DNA of 64,000 nt from Podarcis erhardii. Lineage: Eukaryota. The position numbers were made by a program, and so were the translations under genes. The notes under the pieces are model-generated. The model did no database searches and was not told the DNA's origin. It saw nothing but the letters and a program-made list of their open reading frames with translations. Location of the stretch: assembly GCA_964252035.1 (NCBI GenBank), contig OZ176203.1, one strand, 5' to 3'. Shown in pieces: positions 25,261-38,685 of the stretch (position 1 is the stretch's first letter; the number at the start of each line of letters is the position of its first letter).

Positions 25261-26892
25261 CTGAGATGGTGAGATATGCCATAATTGTGTTCTATTGATC
25301 TTTAATGAGAGAGGAAACTAAATAATAGCACAATAGAGTTCAGCTAGAACATAAGCAAGTCAAGGGAGAGAATTAACAGAAGACGTGAGAATACTCTGAT
25401 AACCCTTAAACCCAAACTCAGAGCTTATTTTCATTAATCTGTTCAAGGCAGTTGTCGGGGGGGGGGGTTCAGTCTGCACACTTGGGTCCACCCCTCATTG
25501 TTGCAAAGCTATATGAGTGTGATAGTTGTAAGAGGGTGTGAGCATATACGGGCAGGTCTCTCAATCACACAAGGGTCCCCATTGTGTGAAACTCCTATGG
25601 GAATCCAGATAACAGCAGTAGGCTCCTTACAGATGTCATACTGATGGACTCATGGAAGTTGGCGATGTATGGCCAAGTACATGAACTATGTCACATTAGA
25701 GATGCCACCAAAGCTATTCAGAATCAGAATCAGAGAACTGTACAAGCTCATGAAAGCTTAGCTCAAATGAGAGCTGAACTTTAAAAGTTCCTGAATTCTT
25801 CTTGGGTTTGAATCAAAATCAAAGTCAGAAAACTGTTCCCAGAAGAAAGGAGGGGAGAGCCTTCAGTAGGTGCAGTGATCTGGCCCAAATGTGGCCTGGT
25901 TCTGTCATGTGCCTACAGTGGAACTGACTTGGAATCCAATAGGTAGATCTGGTGGTTTTTCTGTCTAAACATTTAGAGGCAAGAGGAAGTCAACGGAATG
26001 GATGGAGGAACACCTCTACCTAATTCAGATGACTCCTGGCTCAGCACAATGGATTGATCAGTGAGGCACTAAGATGAGACTACCTGTTGACCTAGGCATT
26101 TTGAGTGTTTTAGTGTAGGGTTACCCACAGTAGGCTGTAGCCAGCTTGATAATTTTACATTGCCCTTATTGTTATTTTAAAAAATAAAAATAAATGTTTG
26201 TTGGCATAAACACATACTATGTAAGTTATTTTTTATGATTTCGGGCTGTTTTTTATATAATCTTATGGGAATTTTATCTAGTATCCCAGACTGTGATCTA
26301 ATCAGTTTCAGGTTAGATTATCAGTGCTCTTAAAAAAATAACGAAATGGTTCTCCAAAGGACACCCATGGTCTCCAACCAAAGCCATCTACTACTTTTTA
26401 AACAAATAATTAAAATTATTCTGGTTCATCCATTATTTATTTTGTATACTGCCCTTCATTTGACGATTGCAGGGTGGTTTCCAACATAAAAATACAAAGT
26501 GAGAGTACAAAATACAAAACAACAACAAACAACACCCCCACCCCCACACACAAACAAACAGAATAATTGGAGGTGGGTAGATTTCAGCATCAGTATTCCT
26601 TGGAACTGAGCAAAGCACGTTATGATTTTCATTTGGTGTTAGATGCCCCTAAAGCATTTTTAAAGTTTAAGCACAAAATTGCACGCCGAGACACTCATCC
26701 AGGAGCAGAAACATAACTCAGATTTTGCTGTGCACCTTGCAACTAGTTCCAGTGATAAATGGAACCGTTTCTAGCAACCACCTAGCACAAATAATGCTTT
26801 GGATTGCTTGTTGTGCTCACTTGCAGAGCTGAAGGATCCATTTTTCTTCTAACCCTTAAGGACACAACTGCATTAGTCTTTCTAGCTCTAAT

Positions 26893-26964
26893 CCAATCAG
26901 TGACATTTCCCCCTCTCTTGTGGGTAAATGGCCAAGTAGCGCCGCTGTCTATCATTATAAAAAG
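26893..26964 (+). promoter_or_regulatory. Candidate CCAAT + TATA core promoter in non-repeat sequence
   Basis: atCCAATcag at 26893 and TATAAAAAG at 26956 with textbook spacing. Motif evidence only. Confidence 0.25.
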
Positions 26965-29192
26965 TAGGGTGTAAATTGTTCCGTATATCTCAGAATTTCT
27001 ATCTTTATCCATAATCTGCTTTACTAAATCTCTGGAACTCGGGGAGGGGGAGAAACGATAAGGCCTGAGTAAAGGGATCAAATGGAGATTCTAGAAAACA
27101 GGTTTTGAGCTTTGGCTACAGACCTCGTTAAACTGCTTTCAGGAAGCCAATTGTCTACAAATTGTTTAAGAAAAAATAGCATTAATTTTACTAAGCACCT
27201 GGGTAGAACTATTTTTATGAAGATGAGTGGGGGGAAGGAGATCTGCTTAATTAATAGAATGTGCATTAACTGCAGCATCGCACATTATCACTCACAAATG
27301 ATTCCAAAATTATCTGCAGTGCAACTGAGAATTATTTTGCAGATCACCAAAGTTCGAGGCTTGTCAGTTTCAATGGTGAGGTATATGGAGGATAACTCAT
27401 AGATCAGCACAGTGTGTAAATAGAAGATGACCTCCTGCTTTTATCTAAGTTTCCAGCTGGAAAATTCAAGAGCTGAATGTGGTAGATTCTTATACTGTAA
27501 ACTATTGACCTGTTTCACTTGACACGGTAAATCAAACGATGGAGAAATTGTTTTTCTCTTTCCCAGTCCTTTTCACACACATGCTGTGATGAGCTAAGCT
27601 ATGGTTTGGCAAATAGTGTCATAGAAACCCAGGCTTATGGTTCAGATCTTTCTTCATTGATCTGGAGATGGACTCCTTGTAGTCTGGGTTCATATGACAT
27701 GCAAAGTCAAACCTAGACTTCACTCAGTGCAGCATGAGAGTTAAAAAGGACTGGTAAGAAACAAAGCATCTCTGAGCTTATTTATAAGAGCCCACATATT
27801 TGCACACTCCTAGTAAGAAATCGTTTTGGCTCACTATGCCATGAAAACCAAACCATTCTTTTAAAATACAAAACACCTTTTATGTCAGAAAGGTGGTTTA
27901 TAAATGTCATTGCTCAATAAAGAGAAGTATGCTTACAAAGTCATTTTGACAATAAAAGCAAATACTGGTATTTTAATATTCCCCCCCCCCCCGAACCAGT
28001 ATTTGTGGGAGGGGGTTACATCGCATGATGTATCCAGGACCGGGGGAGGAAGCTAGCTTGAAGCAAAGTTAATATAAGTTAATATAAATTTTCACTTTTG
28101 TCATGTTACAAAAACTCGCATGGCTTTCAAAGCAAGCAGCACATGATGAGAAAATCATCCAAAGGCCCCCTACTTGGAATTACCGACTCAATAACATTGA
28201 TGAGATTATGAACAAAGCAAATGGATTTCGTATCAAAGTATAAAAGCTGCCTCGTGGAATCTTGTTACAATACATCCCAGGATGTGACACTGTGAATGGT
28301 AGATGGGTATAGATGAATAATTTCTACTTTTTTAAGATACATAATATATTTGTAGATTAAAAAACACTTTCTAGCACATTCAAGGAGAGTATTACTTTAT
28401 GATAATGTCAGTTAACACTTTGTGTCAGTTAACATTTTGTGACCATTTCTCTTTTGTAAACCAAATATCAGTCATATATAAATATTATTTGCTGTGATTT
28501 ATCTATATTCCATATTGCCTCACAAATTGACTTTTAAAATGAAATATTATTTTAGTATTAGATGTATGGAAAGGGAAATTTCTCCACTTCTGTTGAACAT
28601 TTCTTGGTTCATAGAATTCATTTCACTGCATTTAGCATAAAAGTGGTATTTTTGCCAGTTTGCCCTCACTCTGCATAATTTCTGCAGGCTATAAAACTCC
28701 AAACTGTTAATCTTATCTCTGCTTACATGCTGAATTACTATACAACAGCCCTTCGTTACAGTGAGAAAACCCTAGAAATATTTTATCGAAAGTCTCTTCC
28801 ATTTGTGTCTCATGAGCTGTGAAATATGGTTTGGATACAAGAGAGAAGATAAATAGTTTTCATTTGTAGCCCACAGAAAATGGTTTGTTCTGCACTGGTA
28901 GCTGGTAAATCTTAAAAAAATGCCCTGTCATAAATCCTCTGTTCTCTTTAATAATAATGGGCCTTTAAGTGGATGGGCGAGTTCATTTCGCCTCGATGTG
29001 ATGCATCAAGTCAAATCCTATTAAACATTTAATTCTACAGGCACTTAACATTTAAGAGCAATTTTTCATTTGATATAAAAATGTACAGTGTCCCTTTATC
29101 ATGTAACAAAATTAAAAATTAGTTCATCTGAACAAGTGTCTCAAATTTGCATTAGAATGATTGCCCTTTACATGACTTTATTTGATACTTAC

Positions 29193-29198
29193 TTTGAT
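29193..29198 (-). other. Candidate 6-nt microexon (ATCAAA)
   Basis: atgttgctttctgtgtcag|ATCAAA|gtaagtat, with a UGC motif just upstream of the acceptor. Confidence 0.2.
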
Positions 29199-32100
29199 CT
29201 GACACAGAAAGCAACATACACGTGTAGCATATTCCAGCTAGTTAGATATTACAGCTGGTAGGAACTGTTGCTACACAGATATCCTAATAATACGAATGAA
29301 ATTCATTTTGTAAAGGGCATCTCTATTAAACTATTCTATTAATTAAACCCTGGAAAGTAGGGCATGATTTTGAAATCTCCTCTCAGACTGCTCCATAGTG
29401 TTCAGTTTCAAAGTTTGAAACTAGTCTGCTTCACAAGTTCCATTCACACATTACGTTTTGGCTGGATTTCAGGTGGCCTTGGTAACAACACTCAGTTTTC
29501 CTGACCAGAGTGGCAAGCTTTCTCCAGCATAGCTAACTGCTCTGCTGTTTTCAATGAAGCTAAATAGAAACAGATATAGAGCTCAATGTGTATTTTGATT
29601 TTTCAGTAAAGTCATTTTGGATGTGGAATAATTTATCACCATCCCTGGAAAAAAAAAGCCATTCACCAGCTGGCTCCAACATAAATTCAGTGGAAGGTGT
29701 GGAAAATAAATGTATGTGTGTGAAAACTGGTGACTCTGTTCACTGGCCTCCAAGCTTGGGAGGGTGGTGCTATAGAGGTGCCCTCATGATTGTGGCATTG
29801 CTGCTGCTTACCTGGTCAGTGTGGGATCTGGGCAGGATGCTGGTTTGGTTGAGACAGCAGCACCAACAAAGCCAATCCTGTGTTTACGCCAGTATGCCTA
29901 CACAGTCCCAACCTCACCGCCACCCCATCCCACTCTGGGCCACCCAGGAAAGAAGCAACAACGATGCTCTTGGGAAATCACCTTCATGGCACTGTCCTCC
30001 TGTGCCATCTACTGCATTGTGCTTTCTGGGGAAATCAGAGGAAACCTCCCAAGCCTTGTTATTCTTTATAATTATTTGCACACACACAACAAAGAGTCAC
30101 CAACATTAAGAAAAGCTGTGGTGAACAACGTAAAACCAACATTAAAATCACATTCAGAAAACAAGTACAAAATACATCACATGTCAGTACACGGACTCAA
30201 TACATCAATATGGCTCAAACACCCCATAAGGAGTTTCCAGTAGACACCCAAATGTCAACTGATATTGTTCATATGATAATATTCTAAAGTTGACCTACTC
30301 CAACCCATTCCCCACTCCACCACTTTTTCCATCAGTCAACATTCAGCGTTCCTTGTCTGAGCATACTCAGTCCTCATTGGCAACTTTCACCCAACCTCTT
30401 TTTAGGATTTCCCCCTAAATATTTTTTTGGGCACAGTTGTAAACCTGGGGGCTCCCCCCCCCCCCGCAAAAAAATATATTTGATATCTTCTGCATGGCTA
30501 CAAATGGTGCCGCTGTGGCTACATAAACAGCCCTCATAGCCCAAACACTGGAAGTAGAGGGAATGATGTCTGTATTTTAAGAAAGCACCCCACCCAAGAT
30601 ACATCACTTGGTGTTTTGAAATAACGTGCTGTGCTACCATTGAAACACAAAAAAGTGCACCTAATCAACAATGATTTGGGTTGTGTGTTTTAAGCTTCAG
30701 AGTCAAAATGCCTTGTACAGGAGAAGCCGCACTCCAAAATCAACTGAACGACTACAACTAAGTCTTCATTTGAGCAACATTTTATTGTAGAATCAGTGAA
30801 GACTGATTGTTTTCTTCTTTGTAGTCCACACACATCACCTATAGCTATAGCTATTGCTTTTCTTTTCTTTTTTTGATTCTGCATTACCCTGTATTTTTGC
30901 CATTTGAAAACATCTGGCTATAGATGTAGGTGGTCCCAGCAATAGGAGGGTTTCCACACTTGCCCAGTGACACTGTGGGTGGGAGTATACCAAGATTGCC
31001 ATCACCACTTCGTTCTTCATTCACCTGGGACATGTTCAGGGAAGAAAATGCATGGATAATCTAATAAATGGGAGGGTTTTCAAACATATCAAGTAAGCAC
31101 ACCCAACCTTGTGGGCAGCAGACTCTAGAATCAACCTAGATTGAAAACAGCATGATGAGGAGGAGCATCAATGATTCAAAACTGAGAAAAACTATACTTG
31201 GGGGCTGTAAATCTTTAGTGTGTACACAGCCTGTGATAAAGAATGCAGTTTCAAATGGTTAGCAGTGTGGCAGCTTCCTTTTCAAACTAAAGATTGCATA
31301 TTTAGGCACAACCCAGCAGCTGAAGGAATGAGTGAGGATACTTAACTTTGATCACTAGAAAACATTAAAAGGGTTGGGGATACTTTTGAGAACGACTCTT
31401 ATTATTTGGTTCTTTCAAAAGAGGAAAATATAATAAGATTTTATCAGCTGTGCATAAAATATAGGGTGCCCTTTGCAATTATTATTGTATAACAAAACAT
31501 TAATAGGGAGCATGCTTTTGGTTTGAAACAGCTTGATAATTTTATCATTTTCTGAAAAATGCATGGGGAAAATATATTATAACTGTCAGTCCAAACATTG
31601 CTGTGTGGCTGAGGACTTTCATTTTGAAGCCAGTGAAAAGAACTTTGATGTTTACACTGTGCTGCCAGAAAATGCAGAACAACTACATTTCTAATCCTAT
31701 TATAGTTCAGAGTTCTGACTGAATGTTTCCTTTGCTATTATTGAATGCACCCAAATCCTGAAAGTCCCTATGAGTATGACTATCTGAAAAAATTGCTTCA
31801 AGTTTATATTCACATTCATGTTTTGAGAACATATAAAAGGTTATTATACTCAGAGTTATAGCACTCCTTGATCTACAAGTTGATGCGGTTAATGGATATG
31901 TTTCCTGAAATTTTGATGGCCAGTGAAACAAACTGTGTACATTTCTGATTTTACTAAATCCATACAGGACCTGGTCTACCACAGGGCAGTGTGCGGCAGT
32001 AGCCCCTAACAGCTAATCCTGGCTGTCCTGAAAGGCAGCATGATGCTCATTATTTAATTTGTTATTATTGGGTTGGATGCAGATTAATCTTCAGAGAAAC

Positions 32101-32225
32101 TGGGTGCTCCCTTAGGCAGAAGGTGGTGAAAACTATTTTTGGTGATTCCTTCTTCTTTCTGCAGCTGCTATGACCCATCCCAAATCTTTCCCATACATTG
32201 GCTGACTCTCTAGAGTCTAGATCGG

Positions 32226-32345
32226 GGTGGGGAATATTTAGCCCACCAGATGTTACTGAATTACAAGCCCTTAAGCCCAAACAAGAATGGTCAATGGCCA
32301 ATGGCCAAGGATGGTGTGAGTTGTAGTTAGTGTAGCAGAAGGAAA
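32226..32345. mobile_element. Degenerate palindromic MITE
   Basis: ccaccagatgttactgaattacaagccc...atggtgtgagttgtagtt. Confidence 0.5.
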
Positions 32346-33320
32346 ACTCTTGATACTCAGCTAAGAATGGTGGGTACCATTCCATTCATGGAGGCAGATA
32401 GGTGGATGCAATCTATTGTAATTTTACTGCCAGGGAGATTAAGAAGAAAAGTTTATAAAATGTATATATTAGGGGAAAATGTGCGTAACAATCAATATAT
32501 TCATGTAAATAACGTTAAGAAGGTGCATTATATTAGGGAAATTGTCTGTGAAAATATGCACATTAGTCGAAACTACATAGAAAAATGTGTTTTTTAGGAG
32601 AAATTTGCAGTAAAATCCTGGGGGGGATTAGAAACTAAGAGTACTGAAATTTCCAGATCTTTTCATCCCTATATATTATATATTTGCATCTTGATGAGGG
32701 AGGGGCATTTTCTGCTTTGCCCCAGGCAACAAAATGGCTCAGGCTGACCCTGAATGCCAGATCTCTATATTATCACACAATGAGAAACAGCATTTCTATG
32801 ACACTGAGTTCATTCAGTGTTCATTCATTACCACAGCAAACAAATGTCTGGTTGATAATTCAAGTGAAGCTCACTTCAGAAAAAACATGGGTTCGGTTAG
32901 GCACTAAGAATAGGAAGTCCCATCTCCCTGCATATTATTTGTCAAATGTGTAGTCTATTTGTCAGCACAATGTTCACAAGGCAGGTAACAATAAAATCCA
33001 ATATAAAATCATAAATACCCAACCTAAGAACAACAAAAGATACAGGCAAGAATTCATTGCAAATATAGACAGCAGCTAGATTTCCGAAAGGAAGCACAAA
33101 ATCTTGGTTGGGGAAGCTTCTGTAGGAAAACATTTTGTTATATAGACTATCACTTCCAAAAAGCACAAAACTCATAGTATCTCTGATGTTTTGAAGCGTA
33201 AAAGCTCATAATGGCAGCCCCTAAGCCATACCCCTAAGGAGAGTCCATTGCCACACTACCTGGTTGATCTGCCCCGAAGATTGCTACATAGCATACTATA
33301 CTGCCCATTTTATTAGAATT

Positions 33321-33530
33321 GTTGTTGTTTTTGTTTAGTCGTTTAGTCGTTTCCGACTCTTCGTGACCCCATGGACCAGAGCACGCCAGGCACTCCTGTC
33401 TTCCACTACCTCCCGCAGTTTGGTCAGACTCATGTTTGTAGCTTCGAGAACACTGTTCAACCATCTTGTCCTCTGTCGTCCCCTTCTCCTTGTGCCCTCA
33501 ATCTTTCCCAACATCAGGTCTTTTCCAGGG
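33321..33530 (-). mobile_element. 5'-truncated BovB-type RTE LINE 3' end
   Basis: gttgttg...tttagtcgtttagtcgtttccgactcttcgtgaccccatggac is a BovB-like 3' end. Perfect 12-bp TSD TTTATTAGAATT (33309-33320 / 33531-33542). Confidence 0.88.
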
Positions 33531-34093
33531 TTTATTAGAATTAGGTGGTGGCAAAAGGTAGTGTAGTGATTTGCATGTTAGACTTTGGCTGAGGAGATCT
33601 AGGGTTTTTGTCCGTGATCAAAAGGTTCACTGGTGACTTTGGGCCAGTCCCTGTTTGAGTTTAGTCTACTGAAGAAAGGGCTCATGTGCCAGGCCAGACC
33701 TGTCCCCTAACCACCTGAGCTTACAACACTATCAAAGCCCATTCCAGCAGATGATGTCATTATTCCTGCTGATGTCATACAGGAGTTGTTGTCCCCCATG
33801 TTCCTGCTCCAGTGCACCTCTGACCAGAAAAAGAGGATATAGCAAAACACATTTACAGCCAAAGAAGGCAAAGGAAAGGACACATGCAAAATCCAAGCGT
33901 TCTCTAAAATTTAAGAAAACAATTTCCTCTTGGAGCATCTTGTTGCTGCTTCCTGAGCAAGAAAAAGACAGGGAGCTATGCCCTTTGGGATAAAGGAAAC
34001 AAGGCAAATCACTGGGTTTTGAAAGGTAACCTGCATGCCCTTCAGAAAATTGGAATGAATGGCTAAATGAATGAATGGCCCCTTTCTCCACAG

Positions 34094-34171
34094 AAAAAGA
34101 TGTTGATGGAGAAAGAGTTTCCTACACAATGCATGAAGTGTTGCTGAACCAAGAAGATGGCTCATTTAAAT
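34094..34171 (+). CDS. Candidate 78-nt symmetric (phase 1-1) coding exon, product unknown
   Basis: cccctttctccacag acceptor and T|gtaagg donor. Open frame KDVDGERVSYTMHEVLLNQEDGSFK. Not recognised as a known protein. Confidence 0.3.
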
Positions 34172-34359
34172 GTAAGGAAAGAAGATATTAGAGTAAGCAT
34201 TGATAGGCCTCAGAGCACCCCAGGGCTTAATGGAGCATTGCTTGTCCTCTGGAGCCCCAGTCCTACTCTAATGTCCCTATTGCACCCATCCCTAAAGTGA
34301 ATAATTGTTGCGAAGAGTGAAGGAGAGCAGCTGCCTTTCATGCAGACAATTCCATGTGT

Positions 34360-34492
34360 CCCCAGGTAGGGCTGGGAAAAGCTCTAGCCTGAAACTCTGG
34401 AAGGCCTCTGCCAGCCAGTGGAGAGAAAAATTGAGCTGGATGGACCAACAGTCTCAGTAAAGGACACTTTCCTATGTTCCCTTATGTCTCCA
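34360..34492 (+). mobile_element. tRNA-derived SINE 3' portion (Squam2-like)
   Basis: caggtagggctgggaaa...cctgaaactctgga...gagctggatggacca...cctatgttccc. Confidence 0.7.
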
Positions 34493-35682
34493 GCATGTTA
34501 ATGCCCAACACGTAGGCCTACTGAATAATCACTCTGTTTGTAAATTCAATGAATTGACCAAATGGTTGAAGAAAACTCATATATGGATCTGAAACAAAAT
34601 ACGTCTCAAGGGTAAAGAGGTAGACCCTCCTCCTCAAGATGAAACTTGAGGATATATTTCTCTGGGGGGATATATTTCTTTACAGGATACATATGTTTGC
34701 CTAAGGTTCACTGCTTAGACTAAATCTGCCAGCTTGGGCAAGTAAGAGTGAAAACAAACAATCATAATATGGGAACGGTACTCCTTTAATTGAACAGAAC
34801 AGCCTTTTGTGCTAATACATACACAGAACAGAAAATTAGACATTTATTCACCCTGGTTTCCATATCAGTACAGGTACAGGCTTAGTCAATGTATTTATGT
34901 GTCCGAGAAGTCTAATGAGAAATGGTTTAAAGGCATAATTGAATTGTAAGGAGATATTAGAACAAGCATCACTGTAGATGGTAGAACAGCATATGCAAAA
35001 TCAGCTAGAAGGGGAAATGTTTTCAGTCTCTGCATAATTTGCAATTTGAAAAATAATGGCTGAAAAAGAAAGATTAGGTAACAGTTGGGTTTGTGGCATA
35101 CTAAGCTCTGAAATCACATTCACTAGCAGAAAACTGAATATGTTTCAAAAGGTGAATGCATGACAAAAATGCTGATACATTTGCCTGAATCTACATCTTA
35201 GTTGTATGCTAAGTTACATTGCTAAGTAATTTCTGCAACTGTGTATTAGAAAAGTGTAGTGAAACACTGAAGTAAGCATCGGGTGGGTTTTGTTGTTGTT
35301 CTTTGGGCACACCATATAGTAATAAAAAGGAATTATTTGCAAACATTTCATAATATGTAAAATAGTAGCTCTCAGTTTTCTGTAAAATATAATGATGAGT
35401 TGCTAAATCTTTTATGAAAGCAAGATAATTCATCTAATTATTGCCATGTTTCATCCAAAATCAGAAAGAATATTTCAGTTTATTATCATATCAATTGGAG
35501 GATAATGCCCCAAAGACTGTGGTGGCCAAAACTGCAAATTTAACAGCAACTGTAGCCTGATTGTTCTGCAGCGGCAGCAACAATGCTGGCCTGGCATTTC
35601 TTGTTAATGGCCAGGGAAACGTCTTGGTAGAAACGAAAAGCCCATCTGCATTATGCATTTAAACCAGTATCATACCACTTGT

Positions 35683-36205
35683 TGTGGCTTCACCCAAAAG
35701 ATCCTGGGAACTGTAAGGATGCCGAGAATCATTAGGAGACCCCTATTCCCCTCACAGTGGCGCTGTGGATAAAAGCCTCAGCTCCTAGGGCTTGCCGATC
35801 GAAAGGTCGGCGGTTCGAATCCCCGCGGCGGGGTGCGCTCCCGCTGCTCGGTCCCAGCGCCTGCCAACCTAGCAGTTCGAAAGCACCCCCGGGTGCAAGT
35901 AGATAAATAGGGACCGCTTACTGGCGGGAAGGTAAACAGCGTTCCGTGTGCTGCGCTGGCTCGCCAGATGCAGCTTTGTCACGCTGGCCACGTGACCCGG
36001 AAGTGTCTCCGGACAGCGCTGGCCCCCGGCCTCTTGAGTGAGATGGGCGCACCAACCCCAGAGTCTGTCAAGACTGGCCCGTACGGGCAGGGGTACCTTT
36101 ACCTTTACCTTTATTCCCCTCACAAAACTACAATTCGCAGAGTTTCCCGGGAAGAAGGATTGATTGTTGAACCACTCACAGAATTGTAGCTCTGTGACGG
36201 GAATA
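35683..36205. mobile_element. MITE-like host element interrupted by a Sauria SINE
   Basis: ctgggaactgta...cctattcccctcaca | aaactacaattc...gaattgtagctctgtga: inverted halves on either side of the SINE. Confidence 0.5.
35757..36111 (+). mobile_element. Sauria SINE, subfamily A, CpG-rich and apparently young
   Basis: 13-bp TSD TATTCCCCTCACA (35744-35756 / 36112-36124), (ACCTTT)n tail, slight 5' truncation. Confidence 0.96.
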
Positions 36206-37302
36206 GTGTGGATGGGGCTTAACTGTTATAAGATGATGTGGAATTTGAAAGCCAACAGCTTGAGACAAGGAGGGAGTGAAAGATATCTTGGGGTAGGCTC
36301 TATAGCAATATGATAAAGGGCAGATAATTTGCTTTGCAGGATGTCTTCAACTGTTTTCCTCTATCAATGTCCCACTAGCATATTTGTAAATATATATTAC
36401 AAAAACACAATCCGTCCCCAGTGATCTTCCTACCAAACAAAGTCAAATCCCGGTAAGCATTTCCCTTGGAACTTCTTGCCACTTGGGGAATAACAATGAC
36501 AACAAAGGAGATTAATGAAATGGAAGATTACTAGTGGCATGGTTCAACAGGGACCAGGGGCTCTCTAAATGCCAATGGACTCCTGATTAAGCTGTTCCAA
36601 CAACACTTAATTCAGCCCCACCCCCCTCAAGTTGTGCATGTAAACCAAACCATAATAGCTTGTGCCTTTTTTGTTCTCTATGTAACTACTGGTTATACCA
36701 TGTCTATATTTCTCTTGAAAAGAGCAAGAAAGATTCTTAGACCCTCTAAGGGGCAGTGCTAATTCAGCCCACCATGGGATTGCCCGAAAGTAAAAGACAT
36801 ATTACCAATAAAATTCCTCAGTAGCTCTCAAGACTCCAGAATCACTGGAATGCTTGAAAGGAGCTTTCTCTCTGTGGCTTGATCTATGTCTCAAGGACAT
36901 AATAGAAATCTTACTTCCATTTTCATGCTGACATAACAGCAATTTGCTAGAGAGATGATCGTATAAACAAGGTGCTACAGGTCATGCCATCATCCAACTC
37001 GTATTTTCTTTCAGACTGAGGTCTACATGATTATAATGATAAGGAATATTTTCTAGGGAATACTAAAGTGAGCAGACCTTTTTCGAAGTTAGAAACATTA
37101 CGGGTAGAAATAGAACTACATAAATTCACAACTGCAGAGCGGTGGCTGCAAAGTGGGTATAGCAGCCATGCCAAACTTGGATCCCTAGTAGTTGCTGGAC
37201 TGCAGCTGTGATCATAATGAGATTCTAAGCTTGGAAATCCCTCTTGATTGTGGAAATGAAGGTGGTGATGAAGCAGCTTTTCCACTCTGATTCTCTATAG
37301 CA

Positions 37303-37440
37303 TAGGTTGTGAATCTGTTGCCTTCCAAGAGCTGTTAGGCTACAACTGGGCACCATCCCTGACTGTTAGCCATGATAGCTGGGGCTGATGGCAGCTGGAG
37401 TCCCTCAACATCTGAAGATTCATAGGGTCTCCATCACTTC
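37303..37440. mobile_element. Degenerate palindromic MITE
   Basis: gtgaatctgttgccttcca...gctacaact...gctgatggcagctggagtcc...caacatctg. Confidence 0.5.
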
Positions 37441-38685
37441 CATATACTTTGGCCCTGATGAGGTATGGGAAGACAGGCAGCCTATGCTCCCTCCTATTAT
37501 AACCATTTCCCATTCTGCCTTTGAGGAACTAGGGAGACAGGGGGAGGCATGAAACATTTGCCTTGTATCTGGAATACAAATGTCTGTCCCTCATATCTGG
37601 GATAATGCTTATCATTCCTTGATGTTCCTGTTTTCTAAATTGTATTAATGTGATTCTCTCAGAGAATGAATATGCTATGGAATCAACTGGGTTGTGCTTT
37701 GCAGAGCAGTTGCTGAATACTATTGTATGCCCTTCAGAACAGGGTTCAAGGCCAAAAATATACACGCACAACTCCCTACTCACAATAGTTCAAAATAAAT
37801 AAATAAATCAGAATCAGGCTGTTGCATTTGCAATTACAAGTATGGAGACTTCGCCTCTACTCATCAGATAAGCATAAAATACTGGCATCTCCATAGTGTA
37901 GCATTATGTAAGACTCCAACAAGAATACATGACCTTGACAATGCTTTCTCTTTAGCAAAATGCACAAGGACTGGAGCCTTTTTTCCCTTGTTTATAATCA
38001 ATCCTCAGCTTGGAAAGGACTTTATTTGTGGGCATAAATTAAGCCTTGCCTGTCAAAGGAGAATATCCTCCAAAGCAACATGCTAAATGTGTTTGCACCA
38101 TTGACCTACAAATGCAGAAAGATAGTGGGCAGCTCCTTGCTGCGTGAGGAGGTTAAAAACAAAACTTGCTTATATTTTTTCAGCACCTTTACTTAAATGG
38201 ATTAAGACTGCCATCTATAGCATTAGATGCCAGAAGTGTGAATTTGTCCTTTCAGTTCTCCTCTGAGTTATTTTCATGCTGGGAACGCTTTCACACTGAA
38301 GGGTTTTGAATTTTCTTTTTGAAGTTTTAAAACATGCTAATTTAAAGAACATTGCAGATCTCCGAGTGCTATTGCGAGACTGCAGGATTTGTTAGCTCTG
38401 AGTAAACACTTAAGGCTACTCTACATCATCAGATTCATCCAAGTAATTATTTCTGCAGGGAGACAGGTGCTATGGGCTGCACACTAGGAGACATGACAGC
38501 AATTACTGTGATCCTGGTGACATTTTTCTCTCCAGCAGCCTATTGCAGATCAGACTGTAGGCATGTGTAGCTAGCATGGATATGGCTGTTAGCTCTTTCA
38601 CCTATATCCTGGCTAATTCTAGCCCACAGCTGAAGAACCTCAGGGTTGGGTTCTCTCTGTCCAAAAAGAGGCACTCTGCCTAAGA

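Noticed and set aside
29588-30243. 173-aa and 140-aa overlapping ORFs
   Set aside because: No recognisable domain or splice structure; this length is expected by chance in a slightly GC-richer patch.
33720-33820. Minus-strand RCTGAGTWGTTTPV plus GTSNSHGSAITYKC (near 39400), resembling sushi-domain halves
   Set aside because: There is a stop where the Cys should be, the pieces do not assemble in the right order or phase, and the resemblance is probably coincidental.
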